A stretch of 64,000 bases of DNA from the IMG/VR virus record IMGVR_UViG_3300039412_000320. The stretch is one strand, 5' to 3'. Below, piece by piece: positions 1 through 9,935 of this stretch. This DNA comes from a virus. The notes under the pieces were generated by a model. The model did no database searches and was not told the origin of the DNA. It worked only from the letters and a program-made list of their open reading frames with translations. The number at the start of each line of letters is the position of its first letter. The stretch's first letter is position 1. Made by a program: the position numbers and the translations under genes.

Positions 1-4
1 GGCA

Positions 5-1675
5 TTAAGCTGTGCCGCCTGCTCCCGGAGCTTTACCAGTGCCGGACTCTCTAACCTTGCTTGGTTTTCCATCGCCTTTTCCCTTCTTGGGGGCTGCCTT
101 CGCACAAATCTGCTCGATAAGCTTCCCCGAATTCTTGAACAGAGCTATAACCCCACTATGAAACTCATGTGGACTTTTTGTCATGTATTCCCGGACCTGC
201 GGGAGAGTGAACCACTCCAGCCCTTCGGTCTCCCATACGGCATCACTTTGAGGGTGGAAGTCAAATTCCTGCGCAGTCTCGCCGATGAAGTTAAAGTAAC
301 GAAATGTCCCACTTTGGAACACAAAGGCCGGGTGGAGAGTCATGCTGCCGCTATACCCCGTCTCCTCTCGAAGTTCCTTCTGTGCGCTCTCGCCGGGCTG
401 CATATTCTCTTGGATGGCTCCGCCGATAGTTCCCCAGCATGAACCCTGTTGGACCTCGGGAGACCGCCATGCAAAGCAAATACGACCCGTTGTAGTGCAG
501 ACCGGGAGAATTCCCGAGGCTCCGCCGCCATCACCGGCCCAGAAGCCCTGTTCGTCGTAATAGTCGGCCCTGACCGCCTTTGCCAAGGGCATAGGCTCGG
601 AGCCGGGTTCGGTAACTACGAGATTTGGTTTCTCTCCCGGACTACCAAGCTCCGGGTGTTGGGCATAGTATTCATCCTGTTTGCCCGTCCCCCACGCTCG
701 CATCTCATCGACCCGGAGGAAACGCCCCATTTTTTTCCTTCGTTCATCCGTGGCATCCTGATTCCATTTGATTTTAGCCGCTACCGCCTCGGGGGTTACT
801 TCCGTGGTATCCAAAACGAGAGTTGACTTGGTAGCGGCGTTATCGAAATAAACTATGAAACCGCCCACGCCGTTATCTCCAATGCCCTTCCATACGCCTC
901 CACCGGCCCTTACAGCGTCTTTATAGGCTTGGTTGGGGTCATCTCCCTTCTTTTTGTACTGCATTTTCAAAAGCTCATTGTGGAATCCCGGCCCCAGTGT
1001 TAATGTGCCCTTGGGCTGCCCCATGTTATCGTAGACCACGAGATACAGGGGGAACGGCTGGCTCTTGATGCTCTGGAAGCGATAGCGCCGGATAGCCTTG
1101 AGAACATCGTTCTTGGAGGGGTTGACCGGACGCTTGGGGACAATCTCCACCCGGCGCTGCCGGGGGCTGCGGTCTACCTTCTTACCTGCTGTCACCACAT
1201 ACCGCTGAGTCTCATTGATAAAGTCCGCAGGGATTTGAAATTCTCCCCGCACGGAGCCAATACTGGGGTCCTTCTCCCGATTCTCCGGGTGGTCATTAGC
1301 GACCAAATCCTTGTAGCAGGCTAGCGTGAGGGCGTAAATTTTGGCGATGACTTCTTTCTTGTAGCCCACCGATATCATGAAGGCGGTCATCTCATCCAGC
1401 ATGACCCCCAGTGCCTCGCTGGCGACCTGCTGGAAAGCTTGGGTCTCCTCGGGTATGGGGAACTTGATGGAGAACGTGGTAAACTTGGGAATTCCCAAAT
1501 CGAGGACGATGGAGGCAGTAGGAGACAAACCTGTGTGCATCGCTGAGACCTCCAGCGTAGCGAACGTCGGCGAAATGTAAGCTGTCTTATTCATCTGTTT
1601 AAGCGACAGGTAGTTCCCGCTTCTCCCGAAGCCAAGAAGCTTCAAAGGCTTCCATGACCCGCTCATGCCGGTCAC
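5..1675 (-). CDS. Hypothetical protein with C-terminal Nudix-like motif
   Basis: 556-aa ORF that is complete in the window. Its C-terminal region GGAIQENMQPGESAQKELREETGYSG resembles a degenerate Nudix box (GG.I..GE....KELREETG). The N-terminal ~400 aa are unassigned. It is the last gene of the minus-strand structural block. Confidence 0.5.
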   Translation of the reverse strand: MTGMSGSWKPLKLLGFGRSGNYLSLKQMNKTAYISPTFATLEVSAMHTGLSPTASIVLDLGIPKFTTFSIKFPIPEETQAFQQVASEALGVMLDEMTAFMISVGYKKEVIAKIYALTLACYKDLVANDHPENREKDPSIGSVRGEFQIPADFINETQRYVVTAGKKVDRSPRQRRVEIVPKRPVNPSKNDVLKAIRRYRFQSIKSQPFPLYLVVYDNMGQPKGTLTLGPGFHNELLKMQYKKKGDDPNQAYKDAVRAGGGVWKGIGDNGVGGFIVYFDNAATKSTLVLDTTEVTPEAVAAKIKWNQDATDERRKKMGRFLRVDEMRAWGTGKQDEYYAQHPELGSPGEKPNLVVTEPGSEPMPLAKAVRADYYDEQGFWAGDGGGASGILPVCTTTGRICFAWRSPEVQQGSCWGTIGGAIQENMQPGESAQKELREETGYSGSMTLHPAFVFQSGTFRYFNFIGETAQEFDFHPQSDAVWETEGLEWFTLPQVREYMTKSPHEFHSGVIALFKNSGKLIEQICAKAAPKKGKGDGKPSKVRESGTGKAPGAGGTA

Positions 1676-1784
1676 TCTTGAGTATATTCCTTAACTCCTC
1701 CAACATGTCCTCAGTGATTACCGTATTTTCCACGTTAACTGGTTTATCGTCAACCCTATTGTCGTACATTGAACCCATCTCCTT

Positions 1785-3266
1785 CTAACTCTCATTGAAA
1801 ATATTTAATATATCACCTTTGCACTCCCACACTGTGTTCTCCCTCGGAGCGAGCAGACCCATGGGGTTGTTGACATTCCAGTTGGCAACCTCTCCCGTGG
1901 GGGTGAATACGCCGCCAGCAACCCAACCAATTTGAATCCACTGACCGGGGTCCACAAGATAGTTGGTCCCGAGGCACTCCCACGTCACGGCGGTCGGCGG
2001 GCTGGTCGTACCATCGGTCACCGTTCCCCCCTGCGTGGTGGAGAAGGCCGGGGCGGTCATCCCACTAACTCCCCCTACTATAGCAATCTGGAGATTACCG
2101 TTTGGGTCGATGATGAACTGACCGGTATAATAGGTGGTCAGCGCCGTCCATGGGGCGATACCCACCGTATACATGCCGAAAGTGTTCCTGTAGTATGCTT
2201 GCCACACCGCAGGGGAGGGCAACAGCTTCCAATAAGCGTTGCTCGTACCAATGGTTGGCGGCTGATTGGTGTTGCGCTTAAGTGCCCGGTACATTTGGTA
2301 GCTTGGAATGGGAGGACTGGAGGTAGAGTACTGAACCAAGGCCCCCCGAGCATAAGTCATTCCACTGTTCCATTCAGCCGGGAGCAAAGTTGGCGGGGAG
2401 GTGGGGGCATAGTAGAGCGCCTGCCAATCCGCCTGAGATAGTGTCGGGGTCAAGTGCCTGCCGTATGCCGCCAAGGTGGTCTTGGGATGCTTGGGGTCAA
2501 ACAGGGGCGCTACCCACAGCATCGGACCGAGCGGAGGATTTTCCACCTGTAGGATGATGATACGCAGGATATCGTTGATGTTGAGGCTGACGTTCTCCGC
2601 TTCGGTGAATACCGTGGTGAACTCCAATCCCACATGGGCGGGCTTGGCTAGGTCGATAGCCCCGTAAAGATTCTGGACAATCTCCTGCAATTGGGTAAGA
2701 CTGAGGACGTTGTTTAGGGGGTTGTTTCCCCCCACGTTCACCGATACCTGAATGGCATTGCGGTCGGACTGGTCGTAAACTCCCTGCCCGATGAGCTTGT
2801 AAAGCTCCACCACCTGCACGGTCTTTCCCGTGTAAGCATAAATGACGGCGGCAATAGCAGCAGTGGTTGCCCCCATGCCATAGGCATTGATGAGGTCTAC
2901 CAACATGTCCCGGTAGCCCACGGGATTATCCAAGGCCCCGAACCCGGTGAAATCTCCCTTGTCATATTGAGCCGGATATGGGTAAGCGCTCTTGATTTGA
3001 AGGGGGGCGGCGTCCCGGCGCTTGATGTCGGGAGGAGTGAGGTATTGCGGTTGAATTCCGAGAATGTCATATTGATAATCATATTCGAGCTTGGCAAGTT
3101 CTTGTGCTATCACCCGAAGGAGATATCCCCACTGCGGCTGGTCATTCCTCGGAAGATAGTAATTAGCGGTTGCCTGCAACAGACCGAGCAGACGAGCATC
3201 CTCGAACAAGAGGAGTGATTCCCTCGGTAGCAGGTAGAGAAGGTCGGGATTGTTATTGGTCGCCAT
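1785..3266 (-). CDS. Hypothetical virion structural protein (baseplate or fibre-associated)
   Basis: 493-aa ORF, co-directional and tightly packed with the giant fibre genes. No recognisable catalytic motif. Confidence 0.55.
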   Translation of the reverse strand: MATNNNPDLLYLLPRESLLLFEDARLLGLLQATANYYLPRNDQPQWGYLLRVIAQELAKLEYDYQYDILGIQPQYLTPPDIKRRDAAPLQIKSAYPYPAQYDKGDFTGFGALDNPVGYRDMLVDLINAYGMGATTAAIAAVIYAYTGKTVQVVELYKLIGQGVYDQSDRNAIQVSVNVGGNNPLNNVLSLTQLQEIVQNLYGAIDLAKPAHVGLEFTTVFTEAENVSLNINDILRIIILQVENPPLGPMLWVAPLFDPKHPKTTLAAYGRHLTPTLSQADWQALYYAPTSPPTLLPAEWNSGMTYARGALVQYSTSSPPIPSYQMYRALKRNTNQPPTIGTSNAYWKLLPSPAVWQAYYRNTFGMYTVGIAPWTALTTYYTGQFIIDPNGNLQIAIVGGVSGMTAPAFSTTQGGTVTDGTTSPPTAVTWECLGTNYLVDPGQWIQIGWVAGGVFTPTGEVANWNVNNPMGLLAPRENTVWECKGDILNIFNES

Positions 3267-3267
3267 A

Positions 3268-3936
3268 CTAGGCAGCCTTAACTACTATAGCCTTGGGTTC
3301 CTTTAATGGGGAGGAATAACGATGCTCACCCCACCATTGTTTTTTAGCTATTCCTATACGAGAGTTTTTTTGTTGACGAATAAGCTCATTGAGCTTAGCA
3401 TCGTCGGAATAACCCGAGATTTTCCAAAGTCTGCTGGCTGTCATATAGGAAAATCCTAGTTGCTTGCTAATTTCTCTAAAAGTGCATCCCTTAATTCTAA
3501 GATTAATAACGTCGCCTATACGCCCCCAATACTTCTTTTTAGCTTCGGCGGCGTTATACCGATGAGTTTCAATCTTTGGTTTGCCTTTGAGTTTGAAGCT
3601 AATCGAAAGTTTATGTTCCATAGAAGGTACAAAACCGTCATGTCCATCTCCACCCCCAGTTATGTTATATCCAAAAATAGGATTATTAGATTGATATTTC
3701 CCTATGAAATATCTTTCTTGAGCGTTGAGGTCTTGTTTAGATGCCACAAACCCGGATAACAAGCATACTTCAAACGCCGTTTCTCCATACGCTCGAATAG
3801 CTCTATGAAAGTGGGTCTGGCTTCCTCTCTTTGCTTCTTGCTTATGCCTTGACCATCTTTTTGACGGGGTATTTCCCGAAGCCTTTCCGATATAAACTTT
3901 TTGATTTACTAAACATCGTACCAAGTATATAATCAT
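3268..3936 (-). CDS. GIY-YIG homing endonuclease
   Basis: N-terminal IYLVRCLVNQKVYIGKA...KRWSRH...YGETAFEV is the GIY-YIG motif set. It is inserted between two structural genes with 1-2 nt spacing. Confidence 0.8.
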   Translation of the reverse strand: MIIYLVRCLVNQKVYIGKASGNTPSKRWSRHKQEAKRGSQTHFHRAIRAYGETAFEVCLLSGFVASKQDLNAQERYFIGKYQSNNPIFGYNITGGGDGHDGFVPSMEHKLSISFKLKGKPKIETHRYNAAEAKKKYWGRIGDVINLRIKGCTFREISKQLGFSYMTASRLWKISGYSDDAKLNELIRQQKNSRIGIAKKQWWGEHRYSSPLKEPKAIVVKAA

Positions 3937-3938
3937 AC

Positions 3939-6900
3939 CTAAGTTCCTGATGTTAAATAATTTATAGTTACTCTCCCAGCAGAAAAATATTCCGTAGCAC
4001 TCAATGTTATATCTTTAGCACTACTCTCACCCTCTACAACATATGTGACAAAGTAAGACTTCAAAGAGGGGGAGGTGGTATCCGCAGGGATGGTGATGAT
4101 GACCTTTTGAGCATAGGCACTTTGATATTGCGCAGCAAGACCGGGGTCGTTGGTACCGATGATGTAGAAAGAGCCATTCTGTGACGAAACCAAGGGCGTG
4201 GCAGCGGTAGACAGGAAGTTGCTTATTGAAGAGGTACGGGCGTAAGCCTGACCCTCATAGAGCAATCCCACAAACGCTTCGGCAGGTCCGCCACTGGGCA
4301 CCGTGCTATCCGGTAAAATGGGAACGGTAGTGATGAAACTGTGGGCGGGCACCGCTTGTCCGCTAAAGGCCGGGTCATTCGTCAGAGGAGTCCACAGCGT
4401 GCCCGTGGGAATAACAAAGCCGATATCGTAAGAACCATCCGACTTGGCGCACTTGATGAGTGGGATTCCCACCGACTTGACGCCACTTATCGCCTGCACC
4501 AATGAAACGATGCTGGACTGATACAGAGTTCCCGTAGCGCTGTCCAACGCTTGGTCAATGGCGGTGCGCACAGCGGAGTCTACTGTATCCGGTGAAATGC
4601 CACTATTGAGAGTCACCGTCAAGGTGATGTCGATAGGATTGGCAACCATGGCCTTGACAAGGACGCTTGCACCCGCCGCCTTAGTGATGTTTATCTGGTT
4701 AACCAAGATGGGAACGAACGAGGGATACTCGGTCGCAGTGGTGAATGCTTCGGTGTAGAAGTAAGACACCAACACCTGCCCACCGTCTGGGATGCGGCTG
4801 GTCGCATTGGTGCCGAGATTGCGGGCAATGGTCACTGCGCCGGATGTCGTGTCCACGTTAAGAACAAAGTCCACGTTCTCAATCATGACCTCGTAGGCGG
4901 GCGGGCTGACGCTGGTCTGATAGAGGACTTCGATATAGCGGCTGTCATGAGGAACTCCCGCTCCCACCAGTCCGGTGGAGTTGGTGAGGTTGATGGTCCC
5001 ATCCGTATTGTATGCTGCCCCATTCAACGTCAAATCAAACCGGCCATAACTCTCGGGAAGCCACGTATTATACACAAACCCGTTGTTATCAAGGGAGTTT
5101 GCAACGCTGCCATTAAGGGTCTGAGGCTCCATGGAAGCGAAGCTGAGGTTCTCGTGCAGGATAAACTGATTGAAGCTCACCACGACTTGCTGGTTGTTCT
5201 GGATGGAGCTTCCGGTCGCTGTCCCCGTGTCGGAGGCAAAAGCATAATCGCTGTGATTGTAAACGGCAGTGAACTGTGTCCCATTGGAGCTTGCCACGGT
5301 CACATTCTGACCGTTAAGGAAAGAAGCGGATGTAAGTCCGGCAAGCGTGAGGGGCGCTCCTGCTCCAAAGCTGTTGATGCAATTTACGGTGAGGATGTTG
5401 TTGGAGATGGAGATACCTGTAATGGTCTTGGACACGGTGAGTGTTTTAAGGCCGTAGGTAGCGTAGCAGCCGACATAAGGCCCTGCGGGGGTGCCGTAAG
5501 GAGACGGCTCTGGCACCAAGGTGTAATCAGACCCGTTGACATACAGGGTAGACAGGTCCGAAGAACGGACTGAGAGGACATCCCCCAAAACACCACTAGG
5601 GTCAACGGAGATATCCATGGCGGTGCCGATGGTTACAGGTGTAGTGGTGCTAGCGGTGATGGTCACAGTGATGGGGGTTGTAGCGGTGGAGACCACCTGC
5701 ACCATGTCACCCGCCTGATTAGACCCACCATTGAGCAGGAAGTCAGAGGTGTGTACGAGGTCCAACAGGGCCTCGGGGATGGTGCCGGTGAAATTCGTCT
5801 GCCCGATGACCGAGTTGACGTTGGTGACCGGCTGATTCGTGGGGGTATCCACGAGGGGAGACTGGAGCCGGGCATTCAGGAGATAGGTGCCGTTGAATCC
5901 CACGCCCTGCACGGCGGCGAGATTGCTCAGTGGAGCGGCGAGCGTAGGATAAGAAATTCTGACCTGTGTTGCCCCGCTCCCGGAGATGTAGTAGGCATTG
6001 GCGCTGGGATTAAGGATGATGTATCCGCCATTGGTGTCGAACTGTGCCTCACTGATATCAAGGAAGAAGGAGTTGGAAAGCCCTTGAACGAGAAGCTCCA
6101 CTCCTTGGTAGAGAGGCCAATTAAGCGCTTGAAAGTTGGCGCTGGCAACCTGAAACTTGAGTAGGTTGTTGGTAGCCGACACGAGGGTGAGTGGAAGGTA
6201 GGTGCTGTATACTCCCGGAGCACTGGCATTATCATATTCAAACGATACGATGTCATCCTCCTCGGAGGAGGAAGTTCCCTGACAGTAAACGTCCACACAA
6301 CCAAACACGTGCTTTTGCCGAATGTTATCCCAGTCACGAACCATCTCAAGGTCACCGGCTGCTACCACTTCTACCGCAACGATGCCCGGTGTGGATGCTG
6401 CCGTGGTGTAATACCCATTGCGGGTTCCCGAGTCCACTCCAGTAAACTGCCGGTTGACAATGCGAGCGGCGAAGTGAGAGTTGATTTCATCATCAACTCC
6501 GAAGGTAGCCGCCGCAAGGTTGGTGACCGACCACCCTGCCGGGGCATTGGAGCCGATAGAGTTGATAGTCCCCGCTCCCACATTGGTACTGGAGCCGGTG
6601 GTTTGGCAAGATGCCGGAACTGTAACTCCCCACCAACCATACACGGGGTTGTAAAATGAGGCAGCGGAGGATGGGGTGATGGAGGCCGAACCGGTAGTCT
6701 GGAAGTTAATGGATGGGGTAGAGGCGTCTCCTGTGGTAGAACAGATGATGCCAGTAGGAAAGGTGGTGGTCGTTGTGGGCTGGCTATAGGTATAGAAAGT
6801 GAGATTGACGACCGATGGTGTAGCTCCTCCACGAGTGAGACCCACAGACTGTCCGAGATGGTCGAATTGTTGGTCAATGAATGTCTGAGTATCGGCGGCA

Positions 6901-8405
6901 TTAAGCCCATAAGCTCGGGCAATCTGCTGCTTTATAGGAGAAGCATTAAAGGTGTCACTAACCCCGTTACCACTTACATTATCTATCTGGCTTATTGCCG
7001 ATACCGATTGGGCGCACCGTGAAAACCACTCACGAACACTCATGTTGCTGAGTTCAATCGACACTGGGTCGATAAGCAAATCTCTTATCTCCGAACGAGG
7101 AGTCAAGTCAAGGTCGGGATAAAGCTGAGTCATTTGGGTGATAAGCCGACCGGCGATATCCTGTTGCCGTTGAAGAGCAAGAAAATCCGTAGGGTTAGCA
7201 AGAGATAAGTTGACAAAACCACACGTAACCGGTCCGCTTTGCTGACTCTCAAACAGGACGTTATTGAGAGGGCTTTGAACAACCACGGATAGCATTGCAT
7301 AAAACTGCGTGGCATTATTCACCGCACCGGGAGGAACATCCACGTAGTTATAGGTGTAGGCCACGGTACTGTTCGTGGTAGTTATGATTTCCTGTCCTGT
7401 AGTGGGGTCGTAATTAGTCACACTGTTGGTGTTGGTGATTTGCGTATTCACTCGGCTGACTTGGGTCAGAGGAACAACATCTCCATACTGAACATACGGA
7501 GGATTCACCCCGGCTGGGTCTGTGGACAACATCACCTTAACGCCGATAGCCCCAACAAAATTAGGCATGAGCCATTCTATCCGACAGCTTACCTGAGATT
7601 TATAGGCGTTTATTCCCGAAGGTGGGCCGATAACTTGAGCAAGGCCACTTTGCACTGGAACGATGGTAAATTGCACCGTGGGAGAAATGGCGTAGAAACC
7701 CACGTTGAGCCACGTGACATTTCCATCGGATGTAACTACGCCGGATGTGCCAGATTCCGGTGAGGGTTGCGAATAAGTCCCCGTGTAAGCGTAAATAGCC
7801 GTAAAACTGGTGGGAGTCACAGAAGCTACGATTACGCTCACACCGTTCAGGAAAGTGGCCTGCAAAAGGTTGTTAAAAGAAACGGTCATTCCCACGGAAA
7901 AATTGTGGTTGGAAGTAACAGTCAGCAAATTGTTGGATATCGCTATCCCGGTAACGGGAGCGGACAAATCCGAGGCTGCTCCCGATGTTGTAAACACCGT
8001 GGGTTCACTGCTTCCTGTGGACCCAGTGGAGGTGATAACCAACTGCACGTAGCCATTATCATCTACAAACCTATATCCCACGGCACGGGGAGTGCTGGCC
8101 TCCCAAGCCATCTGGCTGGGGTCGTAATTACGAGCTAAGAATTGAATAGAAGCATCCCCATAACCAACATCCAAAGTGATGCTGTCAGAAAACTGTGCTA
8201 CCCCATTTGACACAGTGGGGGTAGTGGTGATTTTTTGAGCATAAGGAAGAGAAACCTCAAGACGCACGTAGGACTGCCCAGCCTGTATGACATACGGAAG
8301 AACAGAGGTATCCACCGACATGGCATTAATCTGCACAGGCGGACTGCCGAAAGTGATAACCGGCGTGATGAACGTGAGCGGACTTCCTACACTGGGCGGT
8401 ATCAT
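3939..8405 (-). CDS. Giant tail fibre / baseplate structural protein
   Basis: 1488-aa ORF with Ser/Thr/Gly/Val-rich, beta-rich composition typical of phage fibres. Confidence 0.65.
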   Translation of the reverse strand: MIPPSVGSPLTFITPVITFGSPPVQINAMSVDTSVLPYVIQAGQSYVRLEVSLPYAQKITTTPTVSNGVAQFSDSITLDVGYGDASIQFLARNYDPSQMAWEASTPRAVGYRFVDDNGYVQLVITSTGSTGSSEPTVFTTSGAASDLSAPVTGIAISNNLLTVTSNHNFSVGMTVSFNNLLQATFLNGVSVIVASVTPTSFTAIYAYTGTYSQPSPESGTSGVVTSDGNVTWLNVGFYAISPTVQFTIVPVQSGLAQVIGPPSGINAYKSQVSCRIEWLMPNFVGAIGVKVMLSTDPAGVNPPYVQYGDVVPLTQVSRVNTQITNTNSVTNYDPTTGQEIITTTNSTVAYTYNYVDVPPGAVNNATQFYAMLSVVVQSPLNNVLFESQQSGPVTCGFVNLSLANPTDFLALQRQQDIAGRLITQMTQLYPDLDLTPRSEIRDLLIDPVSIELSNMSVREWFSRCAQSVSAISQIDNVSGNGVSDTFNASPIKQQIARAYGLNAADTQTFIDQQFDHLGQSVGLTRGGATPSVVNLTFYTYSQPTTTTTFPTGIICSTTGDASTPSINFQTTGSASITPSSAASFYNPVYGWWGVTVPASCQTTGSSTNVGAGTINSIGSNAPAGWSVTNLAAATFGVDDEINSHFAARIVNRQFTGVDSGTRNGYYTTAASTPGIVAVEVVAAGDLEMVRDWDNIRQKHVFGCVDVYCQGTSSSEEDDIVSFEYDNASAPGVYSTYLPLTLVSATNNLLKFQVASANFQALNWPLYQGVELLVQGLSNSFFLDISEAQFDTNGGYIILNPSANAYYISGSGATQVRISYPTLAAPLSNLAAVQGVGFNGTYLLNARLQSPLVDTPTNQPVTNVNSVIGQTNFTGTIPEALLDLVHTSDFLLNGGSNQAGDMVQVVSTATTPITVTITASTTTPVTIGTAMDISVDPSGVLGDVLSVRSSDLSTLYVNGSDYTLVPEPSPYGTPAGPYVGCYATYGLKTLTVSKTITGISISNNILTVNCINSFGAGAPLTLAGLTSASFLNGQNVTVASSNGTQFTAVYNHSDYAFASDTGTATGSSIQNNQQVVVSFNQFILHENLSFASMEPQTLNGSVANSLDNNGFVYNTWLPESYGRFDLTLNGAAYNTDGTINLTNSTGLVGAGVPHDSRYIEVLYQTSVSPPAYEVMIENVDFVLNVDTTSGAVTIARNLGTNATSRIPDGGQVLVSYFYTEAFTTATEYPSFVPILVNQINITKAAGASVLVKAMVANPIDITLTVTLNSGISPDTVDSAVRTAIDQALDSATGTLYQSSIVSLVQAISGVKSVGIPLIKCAKSDGSYDIGFVIPTGTLWTPLTNDPAFSGQAVPAHSFITTVPILPDSTVPSGGPAEAFVGLLYEGQAYARTSSISNFLSTAATPLVSSQNGSFYIIGTNDPGLAAQYQSAYAQKVIITIPADTTSPSLKSYFVTYVVEGESSAKDITLSATEYFSAGRVTINYLTSGT

Positions 8406-9190
8406 TGTTGATTCCCCACTAGCTGCCTAGACGATGTTATCGAAAACGAAACCGAAGACGGCGTAGTCTGATTGCCATAAGAAGTGACGGCGCATTGGGC
8501 GGCTACCGACGTTGGGTCAGGCATCGTTATCGAAATATTTCCTATGTCTTTAAGCATCTCCAAAAGGCTCAAACTCTGCACGGTTCTTTGAGCGGACTGA
8601 ATGTTTTTGATATTCTGGAGCGCATCCATTATCTGTGAAGAGATGTCTGCTTCGGTAATGGTCACCCCAAACTTCTTACCAATGTAACTCCGAATAGCAC
8701 AAGTGAACTGAGGATAAAACGGACACGTAGAGGTGAGAACGAACTTCAACACCTTCTGCACCAACTTGTTCGTATCCCAAACTCGCTGCATGGTGCCATA
8801 CGGAGATATCACAAAGTCATTAAGCTGCCCCGTAGCCGAGCATCGGAGGCAATAATCTTGAAGGGTGATATAACTCACCTCAATCAGGGGAACATACCAC
8901 CTCACCGGCTTGATGAACACTATTTTGTAAAACTGAGCGCTGGTGTTCAGCCGGTTCTCATCCGGGAGAATCTGATAAGCATAGGGATTGTTAGCTCCCG
9001 GCGTTGGAGAAGCCAACTCCCCGCTTATGTAAAGTTGTACGACCTCCTGACCGTTAATCGGAGCACGCATGTTCAAAGCCGGATTTGACGCTAAGTGCAA
9101 CGTCATAAAATCTGTAGTATCAATTACATACCTCTCCCCGTAAATCGTATGAGGACATGCTTGGAGACCGGTATTGAAGTCATAACTCAT
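8402..9190 (-). CDS. Hypothetical structural protein
   Basis: 262-aa ORF with a 4-nt overlap (ATGA) to the upstream gene, inside the structural operon. Confidence 0.5.
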   Translation of the reverse strand: MSYDFNTGLQACPHTIYGERYVIDTTDFMTLHLASNPALNMRAPINGQEVVQLYISGELASPTPGANNPYAYQILPDENRLNTSAQFYKIVFIKPVRWYVPLIEVSYITLQDYCLRCSATGQLNDFVISPYGTMQRVWDTNKLVQKVLKFVLTSTCPFYPQFTCAIRSYIGKKFGVTITEADISSQIMDALQNIKNIQSAQRTVQSLSLLEMLKDIGNISITMPDPTSVAAQCAVTSYGNQTTPSSVSFSITSSRQLVGNQQ

Positions 9191-9927
9191 GATGTCGAAC
9201 CCGTTGTTGGTGTTATAACCCCCCTATCCACGATATTGATGGGAGTGGTGGGCTGACTATGATTGGCCTGCTCCAACTCCCACTGAGTCATGTCATCGGC
9301 TTGATTAACTCGGGCATAGGGTTGACCTTTGTACAAATTCGCCGAATTGACATCATCCACTAATGTGATTTGATACTCCGGTTTTGCGAAATAGCTGTTA
9401 ATTTTGGTAAGCAGTTCCGGCAATGTTCTGGGGTTGACTCCCGTACTATCTGCTGGAGAGTCTTGCAAGAAGTCGTTTGCATATTGAGCAGCATCTTCGT
9501 TCTTTTCAATGAGACACCGCACCTGATTCATGTAAAAGACAGCATCATCCTCCCGTTCATGAATATACTGCATTCCCTTTTTTATCCGGCTGACCATAAC
9601 CATAGGGAGATGGTCATTCCCCACGGCATAGTTAAAGTGCCCATTTTCTCCTGGTTTCCACGAGGGCTTTTTGAATGTGGGAGCAAGGCTTTGATTGTGA
9701 GAAGCCGGGTCCTCGGGATAGACGGTGGAGTAGTACTGCTCAAGCACCCCCGCCGTTTTACGAAGTTGCTCCGCCCGGATACGATGGAAGGTGGAAATCG
9801 CCGCCACATCTCCCGTGCGGTTGTTGACCCACTTTTGGAAGGACTGCCACTGGGAGAGAGCGAAGTTCCCCAGCCAATGGAAGGGTGGTCCGGCGTATGA
9901 ATATTTAACAGGTGCTACGGCTGCCAT
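9187..9927 (-). CDS. Hypothetical structural protein
   Basis: 246-aa ORF in operonic arrangement. Confidence 0.5.
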   Translation of the reverse strand: MAAVAPVKYSYAGPPFHWLGNFALSQWQSFQKWVNNRTGDVAAISTFHRIRAEQLRKTAGVLEQYYSTVYPEDPASHNQSLAPTFKKPSWKPGENGHFNYAVGNDHLPMVMVSRIKKGMQYIHEREDDAVFYMNQVRCLIEKNEDAAQYANDFLQDSPADSTGVNPRTLPELLTKINSYFAKPEYQITLVDDVNSANLYKGQPYARVNQADDMTQWELEQANHSQPTTPINIVDRGVITPTTGSTS

Positions 9928-9935
9928 ATCCTCCC